DNA of 64,000 bases from the human T2T-CHM13v2.0 reference genome, Homo sapiens, in the NCBI RefSeq assembly GCF_009914755.1, contig NC_060929.1. The stretch is one strand, 5' to 3'. This document shows, one piece after another, positions 1 through 13,982 of this stretch (within the stretch, counting starts at the first letter, position 1; every line of letters begins with the position of its first letter). The translations under genes were made by a program, and so were the position numbers. Below the pieces are notes generated by a model. That model ran no database searches and was not told the origin of the DNA. It was given only the letters and a program-made list of their open reading frames with translations.

Positions 1-296
<296 letters not shown>

Positions 297-364
297 TGTT
301 ATTGCTTTTCTACATACTCCCACTATGTCCTCATTATCTACTTTATGGGTTCAAACATTTCTGA

Positions 365-667
365 TTTTTTTTTTCTTTGAGACAGGTCTCACTCTTTTGC
401 CCAGGCTGGATTGCGCAGCACAGCAGGAGCATAGCTCACTGTAACCTTGAACCCCTGGGCTCAAGCGATCCTCCTACCCCAGCCTCCTGAGTAGGTGGGA
501 CCAATCAGAGGTGCACGCCACCACACCCAGCTAATTATTGTATTTTTTGTAGAGACAGGGTTTTGGTCTGTTGTCCAGGCTGGTCTGGAGATCCTGAGCT
601 CAAGTAATAATCCCGCCTCGGCCTCCTAAAGTACGGCGATTACAGGTGTGAGCCACTGTGCCTGGCC
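365..667 (-). mobile_element. Alu (AluJ-like)
   Basis: Reverse Alu with gggctcaagcgatcctcc, typical of AluJ. Confidence 0.92.
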
Positions 668-1904
668 TGAAATTTTTCATGAGTTACAAAAAGATGTAGT
701 GACAAAAATTCAAAGGGGTATCTTGTTCATTATTGTCAAGTCAATAATCTAATTTGGTCGAATCAGTTAAAACAATCTCTGGGGAAATATTACATTGAAC
801 ATGCTTGACAAAGTTACTTCAGTGGCCCATCTTGTTATCTCTTAAACCTAGCTAAGGAGATAGAAATGTTTAAAAGAAAGCATTTTTGATATGTGACATC
901 ACAAAGCACACTACCTCTTCACCATGTTTTGTATAATTAGTAAGACATATAATCATTATGTTTGAGCTCATTGGAAATGAAATCACATTCTACCAGGGAG
1001 TAAATGGCAATGCACTTGAGTCTGGGGTCCTCATGTCATGACTGCCACTAAAAACAAACAGACATAAATTGTTTTCCCTAAATACATTTTTTTCTGAAAT
1101 ATTGCTATAGTGAGATTATTGAGTGTGTATGTGACCTGTTATTACTGGTTTTTTATTTTTTGTGAAATATTTCATGTTTATAAAATATTCCATGTCAACA
1201 GAAGTAATGACTATCTAACAGCTTCCACATCTTACTACCCCCAAAATAAAAATAATACATAAAGTTAAAAAGGAGCATTTATGAAATTATAAGTGCCATT
1301 TTGCCAGGATGATGATACATACTCTTCTTCTTATGAATGTTAAGGTTAGTAGACCATTTTGAATTGGCAATTATTTTCTCAGTCAAGAAATTTATTTATT
1401 TTTACTTTTGGGTCTTAATGTCATGCAGAACTACCAGATGCCAATAACAGGAGTAGCTGTGGGCATTTTATATATGTTTAAACCAAGCTAACAGAATGAA
1501 TTGAGCCAGAGTATTTATAATTTATTAATAAATGTTAAATAATGCATAAACACTAAAATAATCATAAGACAAAACACAAAATAACATTGAAATTAGTATC
1601 TAATGTCCTTATTATCATTTTTTTATTTGCCGTCTCCTTAAATATAACTCTCCTGCAACATCATCATCCTGGCAATCCATGGTGCCACTTCTTCAATGAC
1701 TTCCTGTCCTTTAGGTTTATTTCCAGAGGTGATATTTGCATTTGTAAACTGAAGTGTCTTTTACATAAAATAAATTGTATAGTTATTTTTTAACTCTTTA
1801 ATAAAATAAAGCACATGGTAAAGGTTGTCTGAATTTGGAGTTGTTTTCTACTTACTTTTAACAGTATATTCCTAACTTCATAAAATTGGTAACCCTGGAG
1901 TTCA

Positions 1905-2240
1905 ATTATTTATTAATAATTCTTTCAGTTCAAGCAATGTACAAATACTGTGTTTGAATGTGAGAAAAATTGACAGAGTCATTATTTTCATAGGAGTTTA
2001 TAGTTTGGTGAAAGAAATTGGCCTTATCAATAATTATACAATTAAACATGTAATTGAAAATATAATAAACAATATAAAGGAGCACTATATGGTATTATGA
2101 CAGGTTTGGGAGATCTGAAAATACTTCACCAAAAGAAGTGATGCTTGAATCAAGATCTGAAGTATGAGTAGGTGTTATAAAACACTAATGGGTGTGGAGG
2201 AAAAGGCATTTCAGGCAGAGGAAACAAGACATAAAGAAGC
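1905..2240 (-). mobile_element. L2 fragment
   Basis: Degenerate antisense L2 3' pattern (ggagtttatagtttggtg ... aggcatttcaggcagaggaaaca). Confidence 0.6.
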
Positions 2241-3028
2241 ACATAATTCAACACAAAGTTTGGCCTATCCCATTGAAGCCATGAACATCCTTCTGTTTCT
2301 CACAAACTGTGGGTCTGTTGATTTATTTGGATATTTCAGCTATTTATGGCAGTTTCTGAGTTAATATAAGTATGGGTTTCTTAGAACCATATTCTACATG
2401 AGGGGCATCATTATACTCTATTACTTCTCAAACATCTGATAAGAACAGGGTATTTATCCATGTTGGATGATCTTTCTTCAGTGTCTGTAGTAGCAGCTGC
2501 CGTGATGAGTAACCACATGATTTCTGGACAGTAGAGACCCCTGCCTACTGATCATTAGACAAGAAACTGGTCCTCAATAAAACTGAAAACCCAGGTGGTG
2601 GGAATGATTGAGTGGTAGTAAAATAAAAATGTGTGTATAGAAGAGTCCAAACTTTTACTTTATGTTTTAATGATTTAAAAATGCTTCCAAGTGAGCTGGA
2701 AGCACACCTGCATACTAGGTAATATTGTTATCATGAATTTGGACAATCTCGATAGACTAAAAATGTATTACTCTAATTGCTTTCAGAGAGAAGGGCTGTG
2801 AGTAAATTATTCTAAAACATCAACCTCATTTTTGGTAAGTAACTTCTAACATTTAACTGGCTTATATTTAAATGTGTCAATCCATGTATTTAATGGGGCT
2901 ACATTTTGCAACTAGATTATCTTGGTGCATTCAACTGGAAGTGGATATGTTATAAATATCGAGACAATGGGGTGTTCATGTCAGAAAATCAGAAAGCTGG
3001 ATACCAACACTGAATTCTCCTTTCCTTC

Positions 3029-3336
3029 TTTTTTTTTTTTTTTTTAAGAAAAAATACCAGAGGATCACTCTGTTGCTCATGATGGAGTTCAGTGGCGCGA
3101 TCTTGGCTCACTGCAATCTCTGCCTCCCAGGGTCAAGCAATTCTCGTGTCTCAGCCTCTTGAGTAGCTGGGATTACAGGCACGTGTCACCATGCCTGGAT
3201 AAATTTTGTATTTTTTGGTAGAGACAGGGTTTCGCCATGTTGGCCAGGCTAATCTTGAATTCCTGGCCTCAAGTGATCTGCCCGTCTTGGCCTCCCAAAG
3301 TGTTGGGATTACAGGCGTGAGCCAAGATGCCCAGCC
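3029..3336 (-). mobile_element. Alu (AluS-like)
   Basis: Poly-T followed by reverse Alu dimer. Confidence 0.93.
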
Positions 3337-4424
3337 TCTCTTATTCCTTTGGTTCCATTCTATCACAAATAAGGAAGACCCAATTTGGGCTGGTGTCCCA
3401 GAATTCTGAGCCACACTTGAGAATTAGGTTGGGCTTGCTTGAGGGCTACAGTTACAGGAACAGAGCAGGTCAAAAAAGCAATATTTGAGCAAGAAACTAA
3501 AATAAGACCTTAGTTTTTAATCTTAAGGACCAGAGAACACATACAGCATCCAAATCAAATTCGGGTATTCAGGTGAGAACAAGAGGCTGAACGTGGGATA
3601 CAGGAGAGTGAGTCTAGAAGAATTTTCCAAGTTGAAGAATGCAGCTTCTTTTAATGGTGCACACTTAGTGTTCAGTCTTAAAGAGAATGCCCTGTTAAGA
3701 ATGCTAACTGGGGCTCCAGTGCTGATAGATTTTCAATGAATGGAACTTAGACAACAGGCCATCAATGTGTAGTTTTATAAGAATCAGTCACAGTTATAAG
3801 AAACATTTATATCTATTTCAAACTTTATGAAGTATAGAAAAAATGTTGAAACTGCACACACCATATCACATAGCATCTTTTTTATAAAACACCACAGAGA
3901 AATATTTCTTTTAATTCTCAGAGTTAATAGCAATATATTTTACCAAGCAACTCATTTTTTAACTTACCGATATATGAATCTTAAAGCAACAGTGTTCCCT
4001 TCCTTGGATTAGTTGATAGGAAGATCAGAACCAGTCTGTGACTCGTTTCTAGCAATTACTCAGGAATTAATGAAATGAATTTTTGCTTTCATAGTTCATA
4101 CTATTTTCATGCCATTTTCTCTTCTCTTTGATGTCCTCATGTTTATCTTTTACTAAATTTTTTTATGAAACGCAATCCTTTGCTTTTTTTGGGGGGGTAA
4201 GAAACAAGTGAAATACAAGTGAAATATATTAAACGAAATAAGTTGAAAATATTGTTTTACAAAAGGAGAAAATACATGATTTTTGCTTATTATAAAAACA
4301 ACACATGCTCATTTTAAAGGAAATTGAGTAAGAGAAGAGAACATAAAACAAAATCAAAGACCTCTCAAAATATCCTCTCTTCACACACCTGTAACAGTTT
4401 GGTGGTTTTTCCTGCTTAGACAGA

Positions 4425-4635
4425 ATATATATGTATTCTCTCTCTCTGTCTTTGTCTCTCTCTCTCTACATATATATGTAGTACTGTCTCTGTCTCTGTC
4501 TCTCTCTCACTCTACATATATATGTATATAGATATAAATACACACACACATATATATATACACACACATACCACACATACACCTACATACATAACTATAG
4601 GCACACATGTACATAGACATAATCTCATATATGTA
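4425..4635. repeat. Mixed (TC)n/(TA)n/(CA)n low-complexity tract
   Basis: Read directly. Confidence 0.85.
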
Positions 4636-4659
4636 AATATAAGCATGCATGAAAACACA

Positions 4660-5620
4660 CTGGTAAATGATACCATATTCTGTCATCTATTCTCTAAATT
4701 GCTTTTTCCACATAACAACTTGTAGAGTTTAAAATAACATTTCAATAATTTCAATACATACAGATCTCAATACAGATATATCATCATTTATTTTACAATT
4801 TCTGTCCTGAAAGATATTTGGGTGGTTTCCAGATGTATACTATTATATGTAATATTGCAATATAGTATTTCTTTGCTCACTTATTCAATTATATTCTTAG
4901 GCTAAGTTTCTAAACATAGAATTAATGGGACAAAAGTATGCACATTAAAATATTGATATATATTATTTGATCACCCACCAATGTTTTCCTGATTTATACT
5001 TCCTGATTTCCTGATATATTGTTCACTGAAAATGTACATAAGAAAGTGGCTATGTCTGTATACCATCTCAAATTCTTTTAAATTTTTCATCTTTTTCCAA
5101 AATGATAGATGAAAAATTGTTTCAGTTTTTATTTCTTTGTCTGTCAGGTAGAAAAACTTTTCAAATGTATATTTGTCATACATTTTTCTTCCTTTTTGAA
5201 TTTTCTGTTCATGGCCTTTATCTGTTTTTCTCTTGAGTTTTTAATCTTTTTTATCCAGTGCTCTTTATTATAGTATGAATGAAGTAATGATCATTTTTTA
5301 TTTCCATAAACCATTAAACAATTTATCCTATATTAAATAATTTATCCTTTTCTCACTGATTTGGACTGCTACCTTTACTAAACCCTAAATTTTCAATATA
5401 TGCATGGGCCTTATTCTTGACCATTTATCCAGTTGGTTGAATAATTGGTTTATTTCTAAATTATTATCATGCTGTTTGAATTAATAGCCTATATGATATG
5501 TTCTGCTATCTTATAAGGAAAAACAGTCTTTTTATTTTTTCAAAATGTTCTTTACTATCCTTATATTTAAATTAAATTTTAAGTCAAGTAATCCCCTAAA
5601 ATCCCACTGGGGATTGTCAT
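4660..5620 (-). mobile_element. Old L1 (L1ME-like) fragment
   Basis: T-rich degenerate antisense L1 motifs (gatatttgggtggtttccag, tttttatttctttgtctgtcagg). Confidence 0.6.
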
Positions 5621-6369
5621 TTTTAAATAAGCCTCTGACCTTATCTGTCTGAAGTGTTGCATTTTTCTAAAATCCCATTTCAAACTGCTTACTTTCAGCC
5701 ACCCCAACGATAATCTTACTCCATTAGTATACTATGTTCTCATAATTTTTCCCTTAGTGAAGCAGTCAATAACTTAGCTTTAGAACACAGTGCCTTAAAT
5801 TTTGTGGATAAAAGACTCATTGAGAATTGGATAAACATTCTCTAAGAAATGTGTGCCTACCTCCAAATGTAATGAATCTTGTAGAGCCACATAACCCAAG
5901 GTTAAGAATTTACTCTGTAGAGGCACTTCTCTAAATTTACAAAGGGGGCTTTATCCCATCAGAGTTATTTTCACTCTTACATGTTGTTTTTTTTTCATAA
6001 GTTAGATCAAAACTGTTATTTCTCTTCATAATATTATAATTTCACTCTGTCTTCATAATCTTAACTCAAATTATAGGCTGCTTCTCCTCATACCAACCTA
6101 TACTCACAGTATCTCTTGTTTCATTACATTACAATAAAAAAGATCACTAGACCTTTTTGGCTCAAGTCCAAGTTCTATCTTTGAACATGAATATGTGTCT
6201 ATTTTTCTGAGATTCAATATTCCCTTCCATCATCTATAAAATGGGTAAAATAATCACTAACTCTGTGTGTTTCAAAGAGATTATTAAGAAAATCAAATAT
6301 ATCCTGTCTGAGAGAGCACAAACTAAAAAGACAAGGTTTCATTATTATTTCCACATTTAAAAGCTCACC

Positions 6370-7460
<1,091 letters not shown>

Positions 7461-7977
7461 GATGACAAAGCAAATTTTATAGAGTTCTCAATCTCCAAAG
7501 TGGTATGGTGAGGTTTGGGGCAATGGTGGTATGTGTGAATATAGGGTCCAACCAATTTAGCTGATAAGTTTTAAACAATAAGGTAAAGTGGCTTATTCTT
7601 CGGGAAAAATCAGTTTTCTTATTTTTAAACGTAGATAAAATGTTCCTCAGGATAAAAATAGCCACATCTTTTGAAATATAATACAGTGCTATTTGGTGTA
7701 ATCCCTTAGCAACGTTGCTGTTATGAGCCAGTACTAGCAGCATTCAAGTTATAGACTCACATATTGCATATTTTTAAACCTGTAGATGGATAATAAGCTG
7801 TGAGAGGGACATAAGTTTGTCCATGATAGACTTCAGACATTTAAATAATTAGCAAAATCATAAACAGAACTAAGTCTTTTTAGATTATTATTCTATTTGA
7901 TCTTTAAGAACTCTTCCCAAGACATGCCTCCAAACCCACATTAAAGTTTAGAGATAGAAATCAGTGAGCAAGCCATC

Positions 7978-7981
7978 AGTG

Positions 7982-8016
<35 letters not shown>
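7978..8016. repeat. (TG)n microsatellite
   Basis: Read directly, one interruption. Confidence 0.95.
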
Positions 8017-9204
8017 AAATGTATCCAAATTGAAAGTGAAAGAATGTTTGTTTTCTGAAGTCATCTCTCTTGTGCCAATATTTGAATATTCCACTTATTC
8101 ACAAATGTTTTTTAAATGTAATTTCCAAACTTTTGGTTCAAGGCTATAACCTGGAAGTTGGGGCTACTGATGGTTAAAAGATGGCCACAATGTGTAAAAT
8201 GTAAAGTAATTGTCAGCAGATATGGAGGATATAGTTTGTAGTTATAGTTTGGGCAGTAAACTAGTTGTGTTAAGTAATTTAACCCCTCATGACACATGTT
8301 TCTTCAAATGTAAAAGATGGACAGTGGTGGACTAGGTTAGTTTAAGCCTCAGTCCCTTCTCTTCTCGACATTCCATAATCTTAGAGAAATATGTCTTGTT
8401 GATGTGGTCAATTACCTATTTTCATGCTACTGCTCCACATGTGGGCAACTGAACCCAGATGATCCAATTAGAATAAGACAAGGACTTAGGAACATTCCCT
8501 GCTTGGGGATTTGTTCCTATCCTTTCCCTTCTACCTCCTCTGCCCACCACCTCCCATTTCCATGAAACACAGAAGGTACATCATTTTAGAATCAAAATGT
8601 AAAAAGGTGATGGATTCATTATGTTTTTCTGATTAATCAAAGGCTTAGAACACACTAGCTGATAAAGTATTAAATGAAGTTACCAAGACAATATTCTATT
8701 GGAGGCAAATCAAGAATAAAAGGTTCAAACTAATTTTGAAAAAATTAAAAAGTCTAATACTGTGTTACTGTGTTGACAATATGTAGGAAATGTAAAAAAT
8801 ATACATTTTCCTTGCATTTTTTGCTATTTAAATATCCTTAGTGTCCTTACATATTAAAATTTAAAGATGTCAACCTTATGTCAGTTTTCCAATATGCTTT
8901 TTTTTAAAGATACTGTTTCCTAAATTCAAATTCACTGATGTAGACAATCTGAACGGCCAATTTTTCAATTAATTATTTTGGTAATGTGAAATCTAAATTT
9001 TACATCATGAACCTAGATTACCGTTACATCCTTTAATGAAGAAAAAATTACACTAATAACCTGAAAAATCAATAAAACAATAAAGAAATAGCTTTTATAA
9101 CCTAGCATAGAAAAATGAAAACCTAATTTCTTTTATTATTTAAATATTACAATATGTTTTCTTTATTTAATATATGATGTTAACATATTTAAAAAACTAA
9201 TGTT

Positions 9205-9507
<303 letters not shown>

Positions 9508-9591
9508 GCTAATGTCAAGTAAATATAATATGCGCAGAATTTATATTTTGTGTGATTATAGGTTTTAGCTCTTTTCCTTCTACCTAAATTG

Positions 9592-9780
9592 AGTCAGGCA
9601 TGGTGGTTCATGACAGTAATCCCAGCACTTTGGGAGTCTGAGGCAGGAGGATCACTTGAGCACATGTGTTCAAGGCTACAGTGAGCTATGATTGTGCCAC
9701 TGTACTCCAACCTGGGTGACAGAGCGAGACCCAGTCTCTAAAAAAACAATAAATATAAATAGATAAAAATAAATGAATCA
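9592..9780 (+). mobile_element. Free Alu monomer (FRAM/FAM-like)
   Basis: Single ~150-bp arm with A-rich tail. Confidence 0.8.
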
Positions 9781-10509
9781 AACAAAGTATCTAAATCAAA
9801 TGTCCCCTTCTGGATATTTGTATCACTATAATCCAGAATATTTTATAATATCAAGGAATCATCCATGCTGCTTGTATTTTCAACCTTAGTGTATTATATT
9901 ATTGAAAATAATATTTTGTTGTGTAAAGTCAAAGAAACAATAAAATTATTTATCAGTTCAGTTAAATAGTTGTCACATTTTGAAGACTATTGATTGAAAT
10001 GATTAATCTGATATGTACATTTTTAAAGAGTGTTTTAAACATTTTTCATATTTCATTTTGTTCTCTTGGTAACTTAGAGACTCATTTCTCTGGTAATTTT
10101 ATTGTTTGAAATTTCTTGCATGTTGAGATTAAGACATGAATCTACCTTGTTTGACAGACACACTTTATATAAAAAATTTATTTAACATATCCAAATTTCC
10201 CATGGACTTAAAAGAATTGACCACAAAATATCTAAGGGTTGTCTCCTTACTGCTTATATACATTTTTTCATTAAACAAGATTCCTCTTTCCCATTGCTTC
10301 ACAAACTGTTACAAATTCTCAAAATTTCAGCCAAGATAATATCTGGAAATGCTACAGTGCATGCTAGAAATAGCTTTATAAAAGATATACCTTTCTTGAT
10401 AATCCATAGGGAATCATTCATCCATCCACCCATGAGGCTTTTTCAGAGACATTAACTTGATAGACTATTTAAACCCCCCATTTGGATGATGGTAAGATGG
10501 TGGTGCGCA

Positions 10510-10512
<3 letters not shown>

Positions 10513-10554
<42 letters not shown>
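10513..10554. repeat. (CA)n microsatellite
   Basis: About 21 uninterrupted units. Confidence 0.97.
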
Positions 10555-10556
<2 letters not shown>

Positions 10557-10939
10557 TTTCTTGTTTGCTTTTAGAAAATTATTGAAAAAGACGTTAGATG
10601 TTCTCACTAGCTTTAATTTATCTGAACACTCTTTCATAAGTATTTATATGCATTTTACAAAGTCAACAAATACACTGATTTGCCTCTGTTGTGATCATTA
10701 ACACCAGTTTATACTGCCCAGAGTTTCTAAAGTTAAAATCTCTAATTACTTCTAGAAGCTTGTGATATATGTCATTTTGTTAAAAATGGATTTAAACCAT
10801 ATCTCATTTTTAGTTCATTCAGGCTTTATGTCCTGTAGTATCAGTCGATATAAACTTCACGTTGGTTTCATGTATTTCTTGATGCTGTCAACAGGCCCAG
10901 GTTCTGCACACATTTATTTAAGGTGGGCTCACCACCTTT

Positions 10940-11130
10940 GATGAGGCAGGAGACTTGGGTTTCAGTCTTAGCTCTAGCACTCACAGTCTATGTGATACTG
11001 AACAAATTGCTCGCATCTTCTGGGGCTCAGCATTCTTGTCTATCAAATAGAGATAATACCATCTCATCTCAGTGTTGTTGTAGGATTCAAATAAGTTAAT
11101 AAATGTAAAATTTCTTTGATAATTTAAAAG
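10940..11130 (+). mobile_element. MIR
   Basis: MIR core (gacttgggtttcagtcttagctct ... ctcagcattcttgtctatcaaatagagataata). Confidence 0.75.
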
Positions 11131-11185
11131 CATTGTTGCTGTTCTCTTTAAAATAAAAAAGTATTGTTGCTGTTCTCTTTAAAGA
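11127..11185. repeat. 31-bp tandem duplication
   Basis: attgttgctgttctctttaaa at 11132 and 11163. Confidence 0.85.
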
Positions 11186-13145
11186 ATGAAACTAATATCC
11201 ATGTCCTCCTTAAAGATGTATTTATTTGCAAAAGCAACTCTATTAAGGAAAAACATGACATGCAATGTGTGAGCATGTGGGGAATATGCAAGTATTGTAA
11301 AGAATTTTAAGTCTAAGGATCCTTAAATAGAATGACAATGATATATCAGGTGAGCCACAGTGGCAGCTACATATAAATATTATACATCTTAGTTTGCCTG
11401 TGAACCATTCAACTAAAAATTTCAAATAGAACAATTAATCAATGTAGAAAGCATAGCAAAAAATAAATTCAAATCAATGATGCAATACCTCTATTCCAAT
11501 TAGCTTATTTTTCTTTCTTCCACTCTCTCAGGCATATTCTATTTTATTAAAAAATGAAGTCAATTAAGAAACTCTACAAAATCAATCAGCCCACAGATCA
11601 AGCTAGAACTCTTGTTCTTATTTAATGTTTATTAAGGGCTCATCATCACACGGTATTTTTCTATTAATAGGTCAAATATACAAAGTATCAGGCTTGCCTT
11701 CATTCTATCATTGGGGTCCTACATAGTGTCGTGCTCAACCAAAGGGGAGAGAGAAGGACATCCACCTCTTCAAACAAAGGGTCTTAGCAGTCTTGGCTGA
11801 AAAATGAAACTTTTATATTAATTTATGAAAGTCTGCAGTCTTTGATCTGAATTGAGGTTATTAATTACAATTCTTATTCTTCCCATCCAACAGGTACAAG
11901 AACATCTCCAACAAGGTACCTAAGGGTGTGAGCCAGGCAAAGGGCTAAGAGCATATATGCAAGCTGAAATGATGTGTACACATCAGGGTTATGATAGTTT
12001 GGCTGGATTCCCTTGTACATAGTGTATACAACAGAGAGACATGCTCACACACACACACACACACAAAACTCAAACACACATTTGAACACCATTATGATTT
12101 TCTGATCAGTCCAACCTACTGTCAATCAGAGTTGGACAAACAATCCCAGCCCTAGATTTTCCTGTTTCCACACCCAGACCTGATTTACAATTTATAACTG
12201 CCCATTGTTCAGACTTGTGGCTTGGAGGTGCAGTACATCGATGCCTGTCCACATCTAAGGTTAGATGACGACCCCTCTACTTTACTATTAGATGTGCCAA
12301 GGATCAGCAGCTCCTGAAATCTTTTTCCTGTGCCTGTGTGGGGGAGGGGATTCACGGCGTGGAAGGCCTGGGACAGGGAAGAAAGGAGCTGTCCCTGGGT
12401 TATCAGGAAAGGGACCAAACGTGGGCCCCACATCCACCTCCACGCCTGAGTTAAGAATCTGGAGCTGACTCCTCAGAATGGCTGTAATTGGTCCTTTACT
12501 CATTTCCTTGGAGAAGCAGCGGTCAACTTCTACTAAAACTCCCGGTTGATAGGCGGCTTCCCTGCCCTGTCTTCCGGAGCACTTACGTTAAGGGGAAATC
12601 ACTATAATCAAATCTCTACGTCTTGCCTGCTGCTAAAACAAGGCGCTTTCTTCCTGGGATTTTGCAGGGACGACTGATACACACACGGTCTCCCTACACA
12701 CAAGCTCGCACACACCGACACAGTGTAACTCCCACAGCGTCCTCGCTCCTTCTCCCTCCCTCACCCCCTTGTCTCTCTCAAGGATTGCTGAACATTTTGC
12801 TCCAAACTCTCCAAGTCACCCACGTGTTCTCCCCTTTTGCTATTCAATTTACTTCTCCACCTGACGAAGAGAAATGCGAGTTGTTCTTAGGCTTTTAGCT
12901 GCAATCCTGGGACCAGGCTTTCTCACTCCCCCCTCCTCCCCAGTCAGAGCAGCCCCACCGACCCTCTTCCCAATAGGGTGAGTGGACAGATGCTGGGTGC
13001 TTTCGCTGGTCAAATCCCGCAAAACCTTCACCTTCTCTTCTTCTCCACCCAGAGCAAACTGATTTTGCCTGTTTAGTCTCACTAGCCAGGGTGGTATGGA
13101 AGTGGGTGGGGAGAGGGCTGGTGCGTGGCACAGATAACTGGGAAG

Positions 13146-13153
13146 CGCGCGCA

Positions 13154-13201
<48 letters not shown>
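13146..13201. repeat. (CG)n-(CA)n alternating purine-pyrimidine tract
   Basis: gcgcgcgcacc followed by about 23 CA units. Confidence 0.95.
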
Positions 13202-13203
<2 letters not shown>

Positions 13204-13428
13204 CCCCAGTTAACATTTATGCAGTACTTTTGGGGGGTCTCTTACACACACCTGAATAGCATACTCTCAATAAAGGATAGGCACACCCCTGTTTGTCCTC
13301 CCCCAATTTCCAGACTAGCATTTTACCCTGGGTCTAGAATTGGTGGTGATAAGCCGACTTAGATGGAGTATTTGAGAAAAGGGGAGGTGACCCTTTGCCT
13401 GAATGGGGGAGGGGGCGCTCTCCACTCA

Positions 13429-13923
<495 letters not shown>

Positions 13924-13952
13924 TCACCGCGCTGGCCCGAGCGCCTTCCTGA

Positions 13953-13982
13953 TGCTGCTGCTGCTGCTGCCGCCGCCGCCGC
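13953..13982. repeat. Compound (CTG)n(CCG)n triplet repeat upstream of the PDE4D4 ATG
   Basis: tgctgctgctgctgctgccgccgccgccgc read directly. Confidence 0.9.

Noticed and set aside
1400-1896. Possible hAT-Tip100 end (ttggtaaccctg)
   Set aside because: One TIR-like motif with no matching partner or TSD found
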